Assembly (NCBI GenBank): GCA_032718475.1
Contig: JAUCBJ010001431.1
Span: 1 to 64,000, forward strand
DNA length: 64,000 nucleotides
From: Nemertoderma westbladi
Lineage: Eukaryota; Animalia; Xenacoelomorpha
Direction of reading: 5' to 3'
The position numbers and the translations under genes are program-made. The stretch's first letter is position 1. Each line of letters opens with the position of its first letter. Below, one piece after another: positions 13,610 through 26,739 of this stretch. The notes below the pieces were generated by a model. The model did not search any database, had not been told where the DNA came from, and worked only from the letters and a program-made list of their open reading frames with translations.

Positions 13610-16358
13610 ACACCATATTGGTACAAAATTTATTATTTTTGTGATCGATTATAGTGCATGATTAAATGGCGTTTCCAAATTAGGGGGACCTATTGAAATT
13701 ATTATTACTATGTTATGCAAGAAATTTCAGCCAGGGGCAAATCCTTGGAGATCTGTGGATTGTACTACTGTAGGCCTAAATCGAACCTTAAGTTCGTATT
13801 CTAGACGATTTCCAAATCCTGGACCGCGGTTTCACTGGTGTCCTCGCCTTCCCTTAACTTTCGGGTACTCGAGCACACCATGCTTAGAGTGAATGCTTTT
13901 ATGTCAAAGTTTACTGTCAAAATTTGGTCTTCTGGGAGTTAACAAAAACACATACACGAGTAGCATTCTGCTTCCTTTTGTGTAAGGTGCATGCTTGGCT
14001 GGATTTCCTCGACCTGTGGAACCAGTGGAGTAGGTGGTGTTACCATCACCCCATCATCATTATGATTATCTAATGGCATACGTAGGACATAGTTAACCTC
14101 AACTATAAATGAACAGTATCACACTGGTGGTGGACCCTTAAAATTGAGTGCGGGGTCACGTAGTCGACCAGTGGGGTGCCATTTCACATCCCGGGCGTAA
14201 GGTCACATTTACATAAATAATAATAAAATATAATAAATGTGATGCCTTTGAATAGTCACATAATATTTACTTATTTACTACATACATACAGTGTGTGTAT
14301 GTAGATACCGGTTTGACTTAAACTTTCTGTTCCGCGTAGAGTCTTAGAGTACAACCCCAATGAAAATTTGGCGCTTTTTAAATAATTAAATATTATTTAT
14401 ATTATTACTACCATAGACGCATAGGGAACTCCAGCCCGAATAACACACCACCCACCCGATTGTCAATAGGGTTAAGCCAAATATAACTTTCCTGAATATT
14501 ACTTTTCTTTCGGGTTTATTATTGTTATGGCAACGGATACATCATCTATTGGTAGTGATGAAGTCTTCTTTGATATTCATAAATGTAATGAACACTTTTG
14601 TCCTCCGGAAATACCCAAACCTGGTACCAAAGTCAACAGATTCCGAGCCCTCGACATGGCGTGGAATAGGCCACCAAAATGGAGACCCTCGATGTTCAAA
14701 AGGAACTTCGATTATGAAGTAAATCCAAATCCTCCAGAAGAAGAGAAAAGTTCGATAGACATTAAAAGTTATTTAGATAAGAAAACGACTAAAGGCAAGA
14801 AAAGGGCTGATAGACGAAGGTTAATCGGGAATATTTGGAGACGAAAACGGCGAGTAATTATTGGAATTCTTATAGGCCTATTAGTCGCGGGGATATCTGG
14901 TGTAATAACTTGGTTAATTTGGAAAGAACTTCAACCCAATATGGTGAACGCTATTCCTATAAACTCAACTATTACTAGTTTTTCTACAACATCCACCACC
15001 GAACCGCCATCACCACCTCAACGTAACAATACCACCAGTGTCCCTATAGATATAACAGAAGTTGAAAACGCCACTGAATGGAATGGGATATCATCAACAC
15101 CCCCACCCACCACTACAGCACCTCCACCAACCACTACAACCCCCCCACCCACCACTACAACCCCCCCACCCACCACAACTACCGAGGCACCATTCCCATG
15201 TGCCGGTAATGGCGTTTCTAATAAACCTGTTTCTTTTTTCAACAACAACGTGATCTGCGACGATGGTGATCTTATAATACAGTTTCGAGATAAGTCATCT
15301 TCCACTGATTTCAATAAAGATTGGGCGTCTTATGAAAAAGGTTTTGGTGACATGGATGGAAATGGTTACTGGCTCGGGTTAGAAACAACTAATCGAATAA
15401 CAACAGAATGGGAATGTGATCTACAGATTGAATTAATGGTATTACTCCCACCCCCCTCCCTCCACCATTTATACAAAAAAACTTTCGATTTTCACACCTA
15501 AAATTCAAATGTATTCATAATTTTATATAATACTAGATATTAATAGAGGCCTATGATCCCGTAGGATTTTATATCATAGTTATATTATTTTAAAAATCAC
15601 AATCAATCCTTTTAACAATCGAACCGGAAATCGATCGCAAGTGAAAAAATATTAGTTTATTGTTTTGGTTAGAAAACATAGTCACTGTAACCGCCCACTT
15701 TCCCTTATTGTTTAATATTTCAAACCCTCTACACACATACTGTAGTTGGTTTTTGTGGTCATTAAAAATTTTATTATTATATTATTATTATTAATTTTAT
15801 TTTTACATTATTTAAAAAGCAAGAAAAAATATAAAAAAAGATGTTAAATAAAGGGGGGAGGGCAGCAGGTCAAGTAATACCGAATTAACAATTAAGAATG
15901 TTGGGGGTCAAACCGGAGCCGCATTATATAAGAATGTAAGAATAGGATCAGGAGAAAATAATTACACGTTTAGTTACGGAGAATTTAAAGAAAGTACGAT
16001 TGACTTGTATAATAAAATGGACGCAGCTAATGGGTCGCAGTTCTCTACTAAAGATAAAGATCATGATGATTACGACGATACCTCGTTGGCTAAACTTCGG
16101 TCCGGCGGCTGGTGGCATACCGTGAAGTCTCCGACGAACCTCAATGGGGAATATCGGTCTACTGATAATAATAGGAGGGGAGTCTTTTGGGGCAATGTTG
16201 GAGGAAATTATGTAGAATGGTCGAGGATAAAAATTCTTAACTGCAATTAACAATTAACATCCGTCTAAACCTTACGATTTCTTTGAATAATATTTATTAC
16301 GTAACTTATATTATTAGCTTGTTATTTATTTATTGTCATTATAACATTTTATTGTAAA
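13610..16358 (+). repeat. Segmental duplication copy 1 (direct repeat of 43976-46817)
   Basis: Near-identical from acaccatattggtacaaaattt through to gtcattataa..tttta..gtaaag. Confidence 0.93.
14527..16250 (+). CDS. Type II transmembrane, mucin-stalk, fibrinogen-related domain (FReD) protein, paralog 1; join(14527..15438,15897..16250)
   Basis: Basic stretch, then TM IIGILIGLLVAGISGVITWLIW, then Thr/Pro stalk. FReD motifs IIQFR..DFNKDW..Y..GFG...YWLGLE, FSTKDKDHD, GGWW and NLNG. A phase-0 GT..AG intron keeps the frame. Confidence 0.85.
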
Positions 16359-17196
16359 GTTGAGCAGAAAGAAACCATAAATAAGATCGCAACCTGGCTT
16401 TAAGTGTATTTATAAAGTACATCGTCCGTCTCCCAACTAAATTCAATTTTGTCTGTCTGTCTGAAATTGGTTTTCGGAAATCTAAGTAGAAAAGGGAAAG
16501 ACAGGTCCAGATATGATCCACCAGGATCCACCTAATCTAATTACTGTATAACCGGAAACGCTAGGTAAGCCTATATTCCACAACAGTACGGGATTATTGA
16601 TAAAATATATATAATATATAAGGTTCATAATATTATATCATAATATATTCATATTATTTGGTTCATTTTTGATCGGAGGCTGGTTTCTACACCACCAACC
16701 AATAAGTAATAGAACACAGCCTACAGTATGTTAACCAGTAACGATAACTAAAATACAGCTTATAATAGAGCATAAACAATGAACTCATTTCTAAGCAAGG
16801 TTGGTACAGAGGGTATTACAATAGTTGTCACACTTTACTCCCAGTTATCTTCTAGTTATCCCCCATGGTAAAAAAACTAGTTCTATGGGTCACCTGGCAA
16901 CCCAGTTATCCACCCATGGGAAGATAACTATTAGTTCTATGGGTAACATGGCAACCATTATTACATCAGGCCGCAGTTTCCAGAAACTCTTCTGTAGATA
17001 CAGTACCGGTATCAGCAATATTAGTGCTAGTTTCAGTTTGCATACCAGTATACCGGTATTGCCAGACGAGCAGACAATAGGCACCAACCTTTTTCGTTAA
17101 CAAAGGTTGTATAAAAATTTACAAAAGTTATATGTTCGCTTTAATCGGTTTGCATACCATCAGTTTTGCTCACTAATATGCTACTAGCTACTACAG

Positions 17197-17894
17197 TAAA
17201 GGCCGGTTTTGGCAACTTTTAGAGCAACCCAGGTTGCCATAATCAAATTAAATTATTAGATGAAATCTGTTTTTTGGGAAGAATTCCATGGTTGTTTATT
17301 GTTCACCCCCACTTTTTTGTATTCTTATATCTATGCCATGTCTGACTGAGCTATACCTTTATTGTTGTTTTATATTCACTTATTATTATGGAATATAGTA
17401 CCGGTACTGGTATACCGGTACATACACTAGGCTACCCAGGCACATTTACCATATGCACATGTTTGTTTAAAAATTTTGAATAATTCCTATACGTTCCGAA
17501 ATTGCGAACCACTATTGAGGTGTCGATGCTTCCTTGATATATTCGGGTTACAAACACTTCCATCAATGTAAATGACACCTGTAGTAGCGAGTTCATTGTA
17601 GAGGGCCTATATAATTTGTATAGAATTTACGATTATGATAATGTAAAATCGCGCGACAGAGGGAATCCGAAATGTTACATAATTATTGGGAGGCTGTGTA
17701 ATATTGTAATAATTGCCTAGTTTCTAAAGAGATAACTATTTTACATTAAATACTCGACGTTGCTCAAAAAGTTGCCGGACAAGTTGCTGGTAAAATTTCC
17801 ACTTTTAAACTGCGAATAAATTAAGTTGCTCCAAAAAAGTTACTGGTTGCCGACAAAGTTACTCAAAATGTTGCCACGTTTAAACCGACCTTAA
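17197..17894. mobile_element. Possible MITE (TIR aaggccggttt / aaaccgacctt)
   Basis: Imperfect terminal inverted repeats with subterminal gcaactttt / aaaagttgc motifs. Confidence 0.4.
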
Positions 17895-18422
17895 TGGCTG
17901 ACATGCAGTTATCAGAATGTACCCACAATGATTGCTCGTTTGTTGTTTTGGTTATTGTTGATAGTCAAGCATAAAACATAATTAAAACTGTGGTGTCATG
18001 CGAGCTCGGTGAGAGTGCGGTGCGGTGACAGGGCTGTGAAAATTCAATGCCGGTCACTCACAGCGTTTTGTTTTTGGATACAACGTTTCGAGAACGTGGC
18101 AGGGAAATTTTTAGTAATATCACAATTTTTGAATAAAATAACCCGCTATACCGCCACACCCTTTCCTTATGCCTTACTTAAGTTAGGTTTGGATTATACA
18201 AATTTATATATTAATTATTATTCGAAGATCACCGTAAAACCAGTACAATTGCTTTACAATTAGTTATCTTCTACGGATAAATAACTAATGTAAATGTTTA
18301 TTATATTGTACCCCCAAAATTTCCATGCCCCATTTTTATTCTTAGTCCCCCAAACAAAACCCTTTTAGAAATGTTGGGTTGGCAGAACCTATCCCGTGTG
18401 GAGATCGGGTGACAACATATTT

Positions 18423-18552
18423 ATCACCCAGTTATTTAGTTATTTTACAAGTTATTTATCCTCGGGGAGTTAACGAAACCCTCGGCTTCGCCTCGTGTTT
18501 GTTAACTGCCCTCGGATAAATAACTCGTAAAATAACTAAATAACTGGGTGAT
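18423..18552. repeat. 130-bp hairpin (foldback) element with central ggcttcgcc
   Basis: atcacccagttatttagttattttac ... gtaaaataactaaataactgggtgat. Confidence 0.85.
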
Positions 18553-18688
18553 TTTTCGTTTCGGTGACGTTTTCTCAATCGCAATCTTGCATTTAAGAAA
18601 GGACTCCTTCTCCACTCCCAATATCCAGTGACTGGCCGGAATCCCGTGGTCTGAAAATTCCGCCTCCAGCATCGACGTTTTTCCCCCA

Positions 18689-18699
18689 TGGTGTCAGGA
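18689..18699 (+). promoter_or_regulatory. Primer-binding site complementary to the tRNA-Leu 3' end
   Basis: CA|TGGTGTCAGGA directly upstream of the gag leader. It matches the reverse complement of tRNA-Leu ..TCCTGACACCA (recalled, not searched). Confidence 0.65.
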
Positions 18700-18916
18700 A
18701 TAATGGCAACAAAATTGAGAATAAGACGCGGCCAACTTCAACTGGTGGAAGTTGGGAATTCTACAGTACTCTTTAAACTCTCTCCGTGCTTACCCAGCAC
18801 CCACTACGAGGAAACTCTGGTATTTGATTTAAGACAAAGCCATGGTTCAATCAATTTACAAACTAAAACTAAAACTCGTAGTCGGCAGATCATAAATAGA
18901 GAGTCGTTAACAGGGA

Positions 18917-19108
18917 ATGGAAGTATCGATCACACCTATTGATATAATCCAAGTCGAGCCAGGAATCTGGCACGTTGAAGTCGAAGTACAAGGAACGAAT
19001 GTTGGACGATTCAGGATTACCGTTTGGGTAGTCCAGGCTGAATACGAGACCTACAAAGAACTATTTTACGATATCGCATATCTAGCAATCTATGAGGCGC
19101 TAGAATGA
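18917..19108 (+). CDS. 63-aa upstream ORF whose stop overlaps the gag start (ATGA)
   Basis: ATG at 18917; TGA at 19106-19108 overlaps the gag ATG at 19105-19107. Confidence 0.4.
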   Translation: MEVSITPIDIIQVEPGIWHVEVEVQGTNVGRFRITVWVVQAEYETYKELFYDIAYLAIYEALE

Positions 19109-21664
19109 CGACGAATAACGTCTCCGACACCGATGAAATGGACCCCCACACAGACTCAGAAACCGACGAGACACAGAATGTGTATAACATGGCCCGTCGA
19201 CTGGGCGCTCTCAAAGGCGGAGTGACTCGAGCATATCACCGCATTGAGAAACAACTAAAGGGAGCCGAGACCCCCCTCAGCGATATACAGTCTCAACTAC
19301 AGAATATCCGAAGTATCTTACAACGATATGAATGGATGATACAGGCATATCAGGAACTCATTCCCGCAACCGATCTGGGAAACTACCCCAGACTGGAAGA
19401 ACACGTTGCACATCTGGACGAGTTCCGCAAGCAACATCGGAGAACCCTCAGCCTCGTAAGAGGCTACGAGGAACAGTACTATAAAAGAACTGAAAGGGCG
19501 GATGCAAAATCGGTACGGACCTCCGGAACCAGGACCGTGGTTCAGCGAAAAATAACTGGGTCCTCGAGGCACCAGCACTCCAGCGCTAGGAGTGAGATAT
19601 CTGGTTCAGCGCACAGTTCTCAAGGGGGTCAACCACTCCAAGATCAGCTACGAGAACAGAGGGCATTGGCCATTAAAGCTCGAATGGAAGACAAATATGT
19701 CCAACTGCAGATTGAACAGGATGTACTGGCGGAGGAAAGACATAAACAGGAGGCAGAACTACAGGCCGAACGACAAAAGCAAGAGGCCGAAATACAGGCC
19801 GAAAAACGTAAACAAGAGGCCGAAAGGAATAAACAACAGGCTGAACTATGTAAATGAGAGGCCGAACAACAGGCCGAAATACGTAAACAAGAGGCCAAAA
19901 GGAATAAACAAGAGGCTGAACAACAGGCCGAACTACGTAAACGAGAGGCCGAACAACAGGCCAAAATACGTAAACAAGAGGCCGAAATGCATAAACAGAA
20001 CACCATGGCCCAAGCGATTCTTATTCACAAGAAGAATGCGGATATTGCTAAACACGCAGACTACGAAGCTGCACTCATAGAACGGGACCTCCAAATATAC
20101 GAAGACTGGGAAAGGGGTATAGAACAGGACTATGAACCAATTCCGGTCCCGGAGTTAGAAAAGTCATTTACACCACCGGCTGCGGAACCCCTAAAACCCG
20201 AATTCCCACCAACCATACGGTCCACGTTATCGGCACAAGCACCGGTATTCCATCCCCCACCGGTTACGCTTAAGAATGAGGAACCCTATTTCCCACCCAA
20301 TCCTACGGCACCGAGCGTTCCCCAGTACGAGCCTGAAAAGGACTCGGAACGGGACGCCACCCCTCGATCCAATAATCCGTTCACGTCCACACCGAAAATC
20401 CATAACCGCGTCATCATTAAAACCCCACCTCTCATCGACCCATCATGCATGGGAGAGAGTGTTAGTAATTACAATCCTCCTAGTCATTACAGTTCGGACG
20501 ACGTCGGCATCATCCAAGCCTTGGAGAACCGCCTGGCTATGCCCAAGATGGAGATCCGCACCTTCGAGGGAGACCCCGTTGATTACCTTGGATTTAAGAA
20601 ACGGTTCTTCACTCAGATCGGATCAACGGATATAACGGACGCACAAAAACTGGTATATTTATCTCAATACCTGGGTGACAAACCACGTCGAATCGTTAAA
20701 TGTTTCGAAGGAGGATCTCATGAAGCATACCACGACGCATGGAAAACTCTAGATAAAAGATATGGAAACATCGGAACTATAATTAATAAGACGCTTGAAA
20801 AACTGATACAGGACGCTGGATCCCTAGGGGACCCACAGAATATCCAAGAGTTCTCAGACTCTATGAAAGATGCCTACTACACTTTAAAACCATTGAACAA
20901 GGAGGAACAAGTAAACAACATCCTAAACCTCCGACAGATTGCCCGGAAGTTCCCCGGGTGGCTGCAAAGCAAATGGGCGTATAAATGCGTCGATCTCTGA
21001 CGCAGACACCCGGATTGGGATCCCAGTTTCCTCGAAATGTCGGCATTCTTAGATGATATCTCCGAAGCCATGAATGACTCAATGTTCTCCAAACAAAGTC
21101 TCTCCAAGTTAGACGGAATAGAGAACAACTCTAGGAGCAGGGCACCCACTCCGAAACCGAGATTCCACCCCCCCGCCGGTGAGTACGATGGCCATCACCA
21201 TGGCCGAAGATTCCGACGACGAGGACTATGAGGAACCGACATCAGCCGAGGAATGGGCATGTTATCTAGCGAATTGGGCACCCGAAAGGGAAGGCACCAC
21301 AACCCCCCTTCTATGTCTCTTCTGCGGGGAGAAACACAAGGTGGAATTCTGCAGAAAGTTCCAGTTTGCTGAACTTGTTCCATGCTTCGAGGCAATAATG
21401 AAACACCGAGGATGCATCCGGTGTCTCGGAACAGGTCACTACGTCCGGGATTGTGACCAAAGGTCGTGCTGTGCAGTCTGTAATGACCTATGCCATCACA
21501 CACTCCTCCACATCCCTGCCAATTTCGACTTCACCACCCTGCCGTTCCGGATCGTTCCGGATCCAAACGGAGAGGAGAAACGAATCACATCTTCAAGGGT
21601 ACACAGACGATTCAGCGGCAGGAAACCAATCCGCTTAAGACCACCGCCGATGTATCACATGTGA
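19105..21664 (+). pseudogene. Bel-A gag (coiled-coil repeats, DUF1759-like domain, three zinc knuckles)
   Basis: LAMPKMEIRTFEGDPVDY..F..QKLVYL; CLFCGEKHKVEFC, CIRCLGTGHYVRDC and CAVCNDLCHHTLLH. Stops and frameshifts are present. Confidence 0.88.
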
Positions 21665-24600
21665 CCAGTATATCAGCTACGGTCAATTTAATAAACCGCC
21701 GTTATATGGTCTTCGCCAAAGTAATCCCAGTAAGAATCCAAGGGTTCGGAAAATCCCTAACAACACTCGCGTTCCTTGACAACGGGTCGGACGGAACCAT
21801 CATCGACCGGGATTTCCTCGAACAACTAGGCCTAGACTACGAACCTTGCAAGCGGCCCATACAGACTATAACCAACCATAAAGAAGTGGAGTCCGGGGAG
21901 GTACAACTCAAGATGGAAGGAGTTATGAAGGGTTACGAGACGGTCAAACTGACGATCAAAAACGCTCTGGTACACACCGATCTCCGAGTGCGGTTCCGAC
22001 AATCATCTGAATACGCACCCCTCATACAGTTAGACTGGGAAGATGTAGATCTACGATGCCTGCCGTTGGACGTGAACCGAATTACTCTATTAATCGGACT
22101 TGACACACCGGAATTACATATACCAACCGGAGACATCGCCCGATCCGTAAAGCCGGACGACGGTTTTTATGCGGAGCGCACCATCATGGGATGGACACTC
22201 TGCGGCATCAAAGAGGAGACTACCGACACACATATCTCCCTAAATGTCAGATCAAAGAGAACGCAACATCTGTGGGTTACTGTTCAGCAACCGACCTGGA
22301 CGAGGATTTATTCCTGGAAACCTAAAAAACCCAGCAGGAGATGACAAAGTATTTCAACTTAGAGACCCAAGAGTTTGCTGAGAAGGACGAGAACCCATCC
22401 GAGGAAGATCAATATTGTATTGACGTTCTCGATTAGGAAACGTTCAAAGACGGACATTGGTGTTCACCCATGCTTTGGAAAGACCCAGATAGACCGATGG
22501 CGAATAATGCCAGCATGGCCCTTAGGAGGCTCAAGGGAATCATACGCCGGTTAAACGAGCTACCCAAGATAAAGGAGAAATACAATAATGTGATTAAAGG
22601 ATATTTAGAAGATGGATTGGCAGAAATGGTGCCCCGGAATGAACTGCAGGGGACTAGACGGACGTATTACCTCCCAACCCACTATGTGGTAGAAGCCTGG
22701 AAGGGTGGTAAAATCCGGGTAGTAAATGATGCTGCGGCTATGTATCAGGGCGAATCCCTGAACAGCCAACTTTATACCGGGCCCAACATCTACAGTACGG
22801 CGTGTTGATCAGGTTCAGAGAAAACTAATGCGACATCAAAGCGATGTTCCACCAGGTTCGAATGCTACCAAGAGATTCAGATTGCCTACGTATATTGTGG
22901 ACAGATAAAACGTTAACTCCACAGGAGATAAATCAACTCACCTTGAAGGATGTGGACGTAATGCGCATGATTGTCAGAATCTTTGATGCTAATGACTCGC
23001 CGGTGGCATGTAGCGACATGCTGAAGAAAACAGCGGCTATGTGCGAAAATGAGTTCCCTCCGACAGTCATAGAGACCATCCGACGATGTTTCTATGTAGA
23101 CAACGGATGCGCTGGTGCCGATAATGTCAACGAGGCATATCAGCTGGCGATGGGAATGGTGGAATGTTTAAAGAGAGGAGGTTTCCCTCTCGTAAAGTTT
23201 GGATCCCATGATAAGGAACTTATGGAAAAGTTCCCGGAGGAAATCAGGCTAGACGACAACAAAATGTATTCCGAGGGTGTGGATCACCGTGTACTCGGTA
23301 TTGAATGGGACATAGAATTGGATCAGTTCATCTTCAAATATAATCCTCTACCCAAACCCATGACAAAAAGGGGATGTTTATCTGTAAAGAGCACCATATT
23401 TGATCCATTAAACTTCATATCCCCAGTAACATTGGTCAGAATGAATTTGATCAAAGAAATGTGGATAGAAGGACTGGGATGGGATGAAGAACTCCCCCCA
23501 CACCTCAGTGCCAAATGGAGAAAGTGGACGGAACAACTTGAACATCTACATCTTATGCGGATCCCTCGACCTTTCTTCCTCGACAAACTACCCACCGATA
23601 TATTCCAGCTCCATACTTTCTCGGATGCATCGAATACCGGAATCGGCGTAGTTACCTTCCTAAGAAGATTAAGTCAGGATGGAAACGGTGATACGAGCTT
23701 CTTATTCTCTAAGGCTAAGACGGTATCCGGGGAATTCGTAGCAACAATCCCGAGACTCGAGCTACAGGCCGCAGTCCGGGCAGTGAGGCAGAACCGCATT
23801 ATCATGCGGAATTTAAGAATCCCCATCGAATTGCAGCATTTCTGGGTTGATTCGAGTATCGTACTTTACTACCTCCACTCACCATCACGGTGACACACCA
23901 CGTTTGTAGCGAACCAAGCCACGGAAATAAAACAGTGTACCGGCCGAGAACAGTGGCACCACGTAAACGGGAAAGAAAATCCAGCGGACTTATCGAACAG
24001 AGGCGCCACCCCACGACAGCTCGGTAAGAGTAAACTTTGGCTCACAGGCCCGGAATTCCTACAGCAGCCAAAATTAACCTGGAGTACCCAATTCGATCCC
24101 GAACTAGATAGTGGAAAATACTCCGAAGACGACAAGGAGATTTGTAAAGTCCATGGAAGCGCCACCGTGGAGATCTATAGTTGCCTGACCGAGCCTGCAA
24201 AGGACTCGGGCAGGTACTATAACATTGCGACTATTACGCAACCAGCGGCGTCCTGACAACTATTGATAGAGCGAACCTCCTCAATGAGACGTCTTATCCA
24301 CCACGTCATAACTTCCTGCGGTGGAAGGATAACAAACGGATAGTTCGACGAAGTATACAAGAACTCATTATTGCGGAGAAATGTATTGTTAGATATGTCC
24401 AGAAAGAAAGTTTCCCCAATGAATGGGAACAGCTCAGTGCAGGCAAGACCTTGGAACCGGACAGCCCAGTCTACCAGTTGAGACCCATGATGGGGGAAGA
24501 TGGACTGATCCGACTAAATACCCGGTTGGCAAATGCCCCGGTCGAATATGAAGTCAAATACCCAGCACTCCTGCCTGGAACGTCAACACTAGCCAAGCTA

Positions 24601-25788
24601 TTAATCCAACAGTGTCATGAGGAAAACCATCACGCGGGCCAGAACTGGATTATGGCTAACATCCGGCAAAGATATTGGATCACCCACATCCAGCCACTGA
24701 TCTGGAAAGTATTAAAGCATTGTTTCCCTTGCAGGCGACACCTAGCGCCACCGCTCACACAAAGAATGGCCGACCTACCGGCTACACGACTGCAGTCCGA
24801 TTCACCGCCGTTCTACGTACCCGGAGTAGACTGTTTCGGACCATTTACAGTCATCGAGCGATGATCCAACATCAAATGCTGGGGAGCCATCTTCACATGC
24901 CTTAGGTCTAGGGCGATTTACCTAGACCTCGTGATAAACCTTGCGCAGCATGCATTTATCAACGCCCTGCGTCGGTTCGTGGCTAACAATGGAACATGCT
25001 GGCATATGTACTCCGATAATGGAACGGACTTCGTGGGAGGAGAAAGGGAACTTAGAGAGGCGATCGAGGGATGGTTCACTGAAGAGACCGCATCCCAAGT
25101 CTGGAGGGAACACCATATACAATGGCACTTCCAAACACCCTTGGCACCCCATACGAGCGGGGTATGGGAGAAGCTCATCGACTTGGTGAAACTATCCATG
25201 CACGTCGCGTTAGGGGACACCCGGGTAACCCACGACACCCTTCGCACTACATTCTGCGAGATCACGGCTACCCTAAACAACCGGCCCATCGTACCTATCC
25301 ACGATGACCCCACAGATCTAGAGCCTCTTACACCTAACCATCTACTTGGAAGACCCAAAACCAACTTTCTTCCAGAGGCAATGTTCCCAGATCCCAACGA
25401 TATTGTGAGACACACCAATTGGAAAAAGGCCCAAGCGCTGGCAGCGCATTGGTGGAGAATCTGGGCCCAAGAGTACCTCATAACCCTTCGGACCAGGAGG
25501 AAGTGGAATAACACCTACAGGAACATCGCAGTTGGCGACATGGTGCTGGTTAAGGAAGACCTTAAAGACCGCGTCCACTGGCCTGTGGCGTGAGTCGTGG
25601 AAATAACCCCAAGTAAAGACGGACTTGCGAGGACTGTGACGATACGAACGGCAAAGGGCCACGTCCAACGCCCTATCCAGAGGCTGTGCCTTCTTGAAGG
25701 CAATGACAGCGGTGACTCTACGAGAGGTGATAAGTTCCCTACTCCGGATCCTTCTGCAGACATTGGTGACAATTCTAAACCCGTTTAA
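21660..25788 (+). pseudogene. Bel-A pol (aspartic protease, RT, RNase H, integrase)
   Basis: LDNGS protease; YYLP.H..KIRVV.DAA, MFHQV and FYVDN RT; FSDAS, IPRLELQAA and DS RNase H; HHAG..C..C, GVDCFGP, SDNGT.F and G.WE integrase. Confidence 0.92.
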
Positions 25789-26059
25789 ACCCTTCTCATC
25801 CTGTTGACAAACTCTTTAAAATGTGATTTACTGACAATGAATAATGGACCCCCTTAAACCAACTGTAACCACGCAATGGTATTTGTGTTTCCTCGTGTGT
25901 TATGTGGAGTCCAGCGTCACCCTGCAGATGTTTCGACTGATACAGGGTAGTTTATGGATTGTTCACCCTGATTTTGGTCATCAGGACCAACTATATTGGC
26001 TTATTGGAAATGGTAAAGATTTGAAGTGGAATTCATTGTATCCATTGTGTTATATTGTG

Positions 26060-26485
26060 TTGTCCGTTGCGTGTGCAGTTCAGGGCGTAGGCGGTGTAAC
26101 TAGTCCAGCTGTAGTTCCCGGATTGCCGCGCAACACCCCCTCTATTGCGTTATTCTGGTGGGTCTATGGTGCATCCACATGACTTTGTCGATAGAGGTTT
26201 TATGTTTCTCAGTCGCGTTATTCTGGTGGGACCGTTACGTGGATTTTGGGGCGTAGGCGGTGTAACTAGTCCAGCTGTAGATCCCAGAATGTTGCGTAAC
26301 CCTATCCCACATGACTTTGTCGGCTGAGCTTTAAGTTGTTGGGAGTGTTATTCTGGTGGGTCCCTGGTGCATTCCACGTGACTTCACTCCCAGCGTCTTC
26401 ATTGTCCGTTACGTGTGCAGTTTGGGGCGTAGGCGGTGTAACTAGCCCAGCTGTAGATCCCAGATTGCTGCGTAACACCCCTTCC
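26060..26485 (+). repeat. Three ~170-bp tandem repeats downstream of Bel-A pol
   Basis: ggcgtaggcggtgtaactag.ccagctgtag at ~26083, ~26249 and ~26425. Confidence 0.85.
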
Positions 26486-26739
26486 ACAACGAAAATTTCC
26501 CAAAGAAGATGGTTGAACGTAGTTGGAAATGATGAAAAGAAACAGACAACCCTACTATAAACTGAATGATGACGCGTATGATGATGAAAATGTAATGATG
26601 CGCACCCTGGTGCTGCGCTTATAACAAATGATGATAGCCGGGGGGCTATAACCCCAAAGAAATATGGAAATAAATGATGTAATGGTGGAAATAAATGATG
26701 AAATGTGGAAATAAATGATGAAATGTGGTGAGTAATAAA

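Noticed and set aside
13710-13892. Upstream ORF duplicated at 44076-44351
   Set aside because: The stop position differs between copies, there is no recognisable domain, and conservation is explained by recent duplication.
15439-15896. U12-type intron
   Set aside because: The donor GTATTACT and branch AATTAAC do not match the GTATCCTT / TCCTTAAC consensus.
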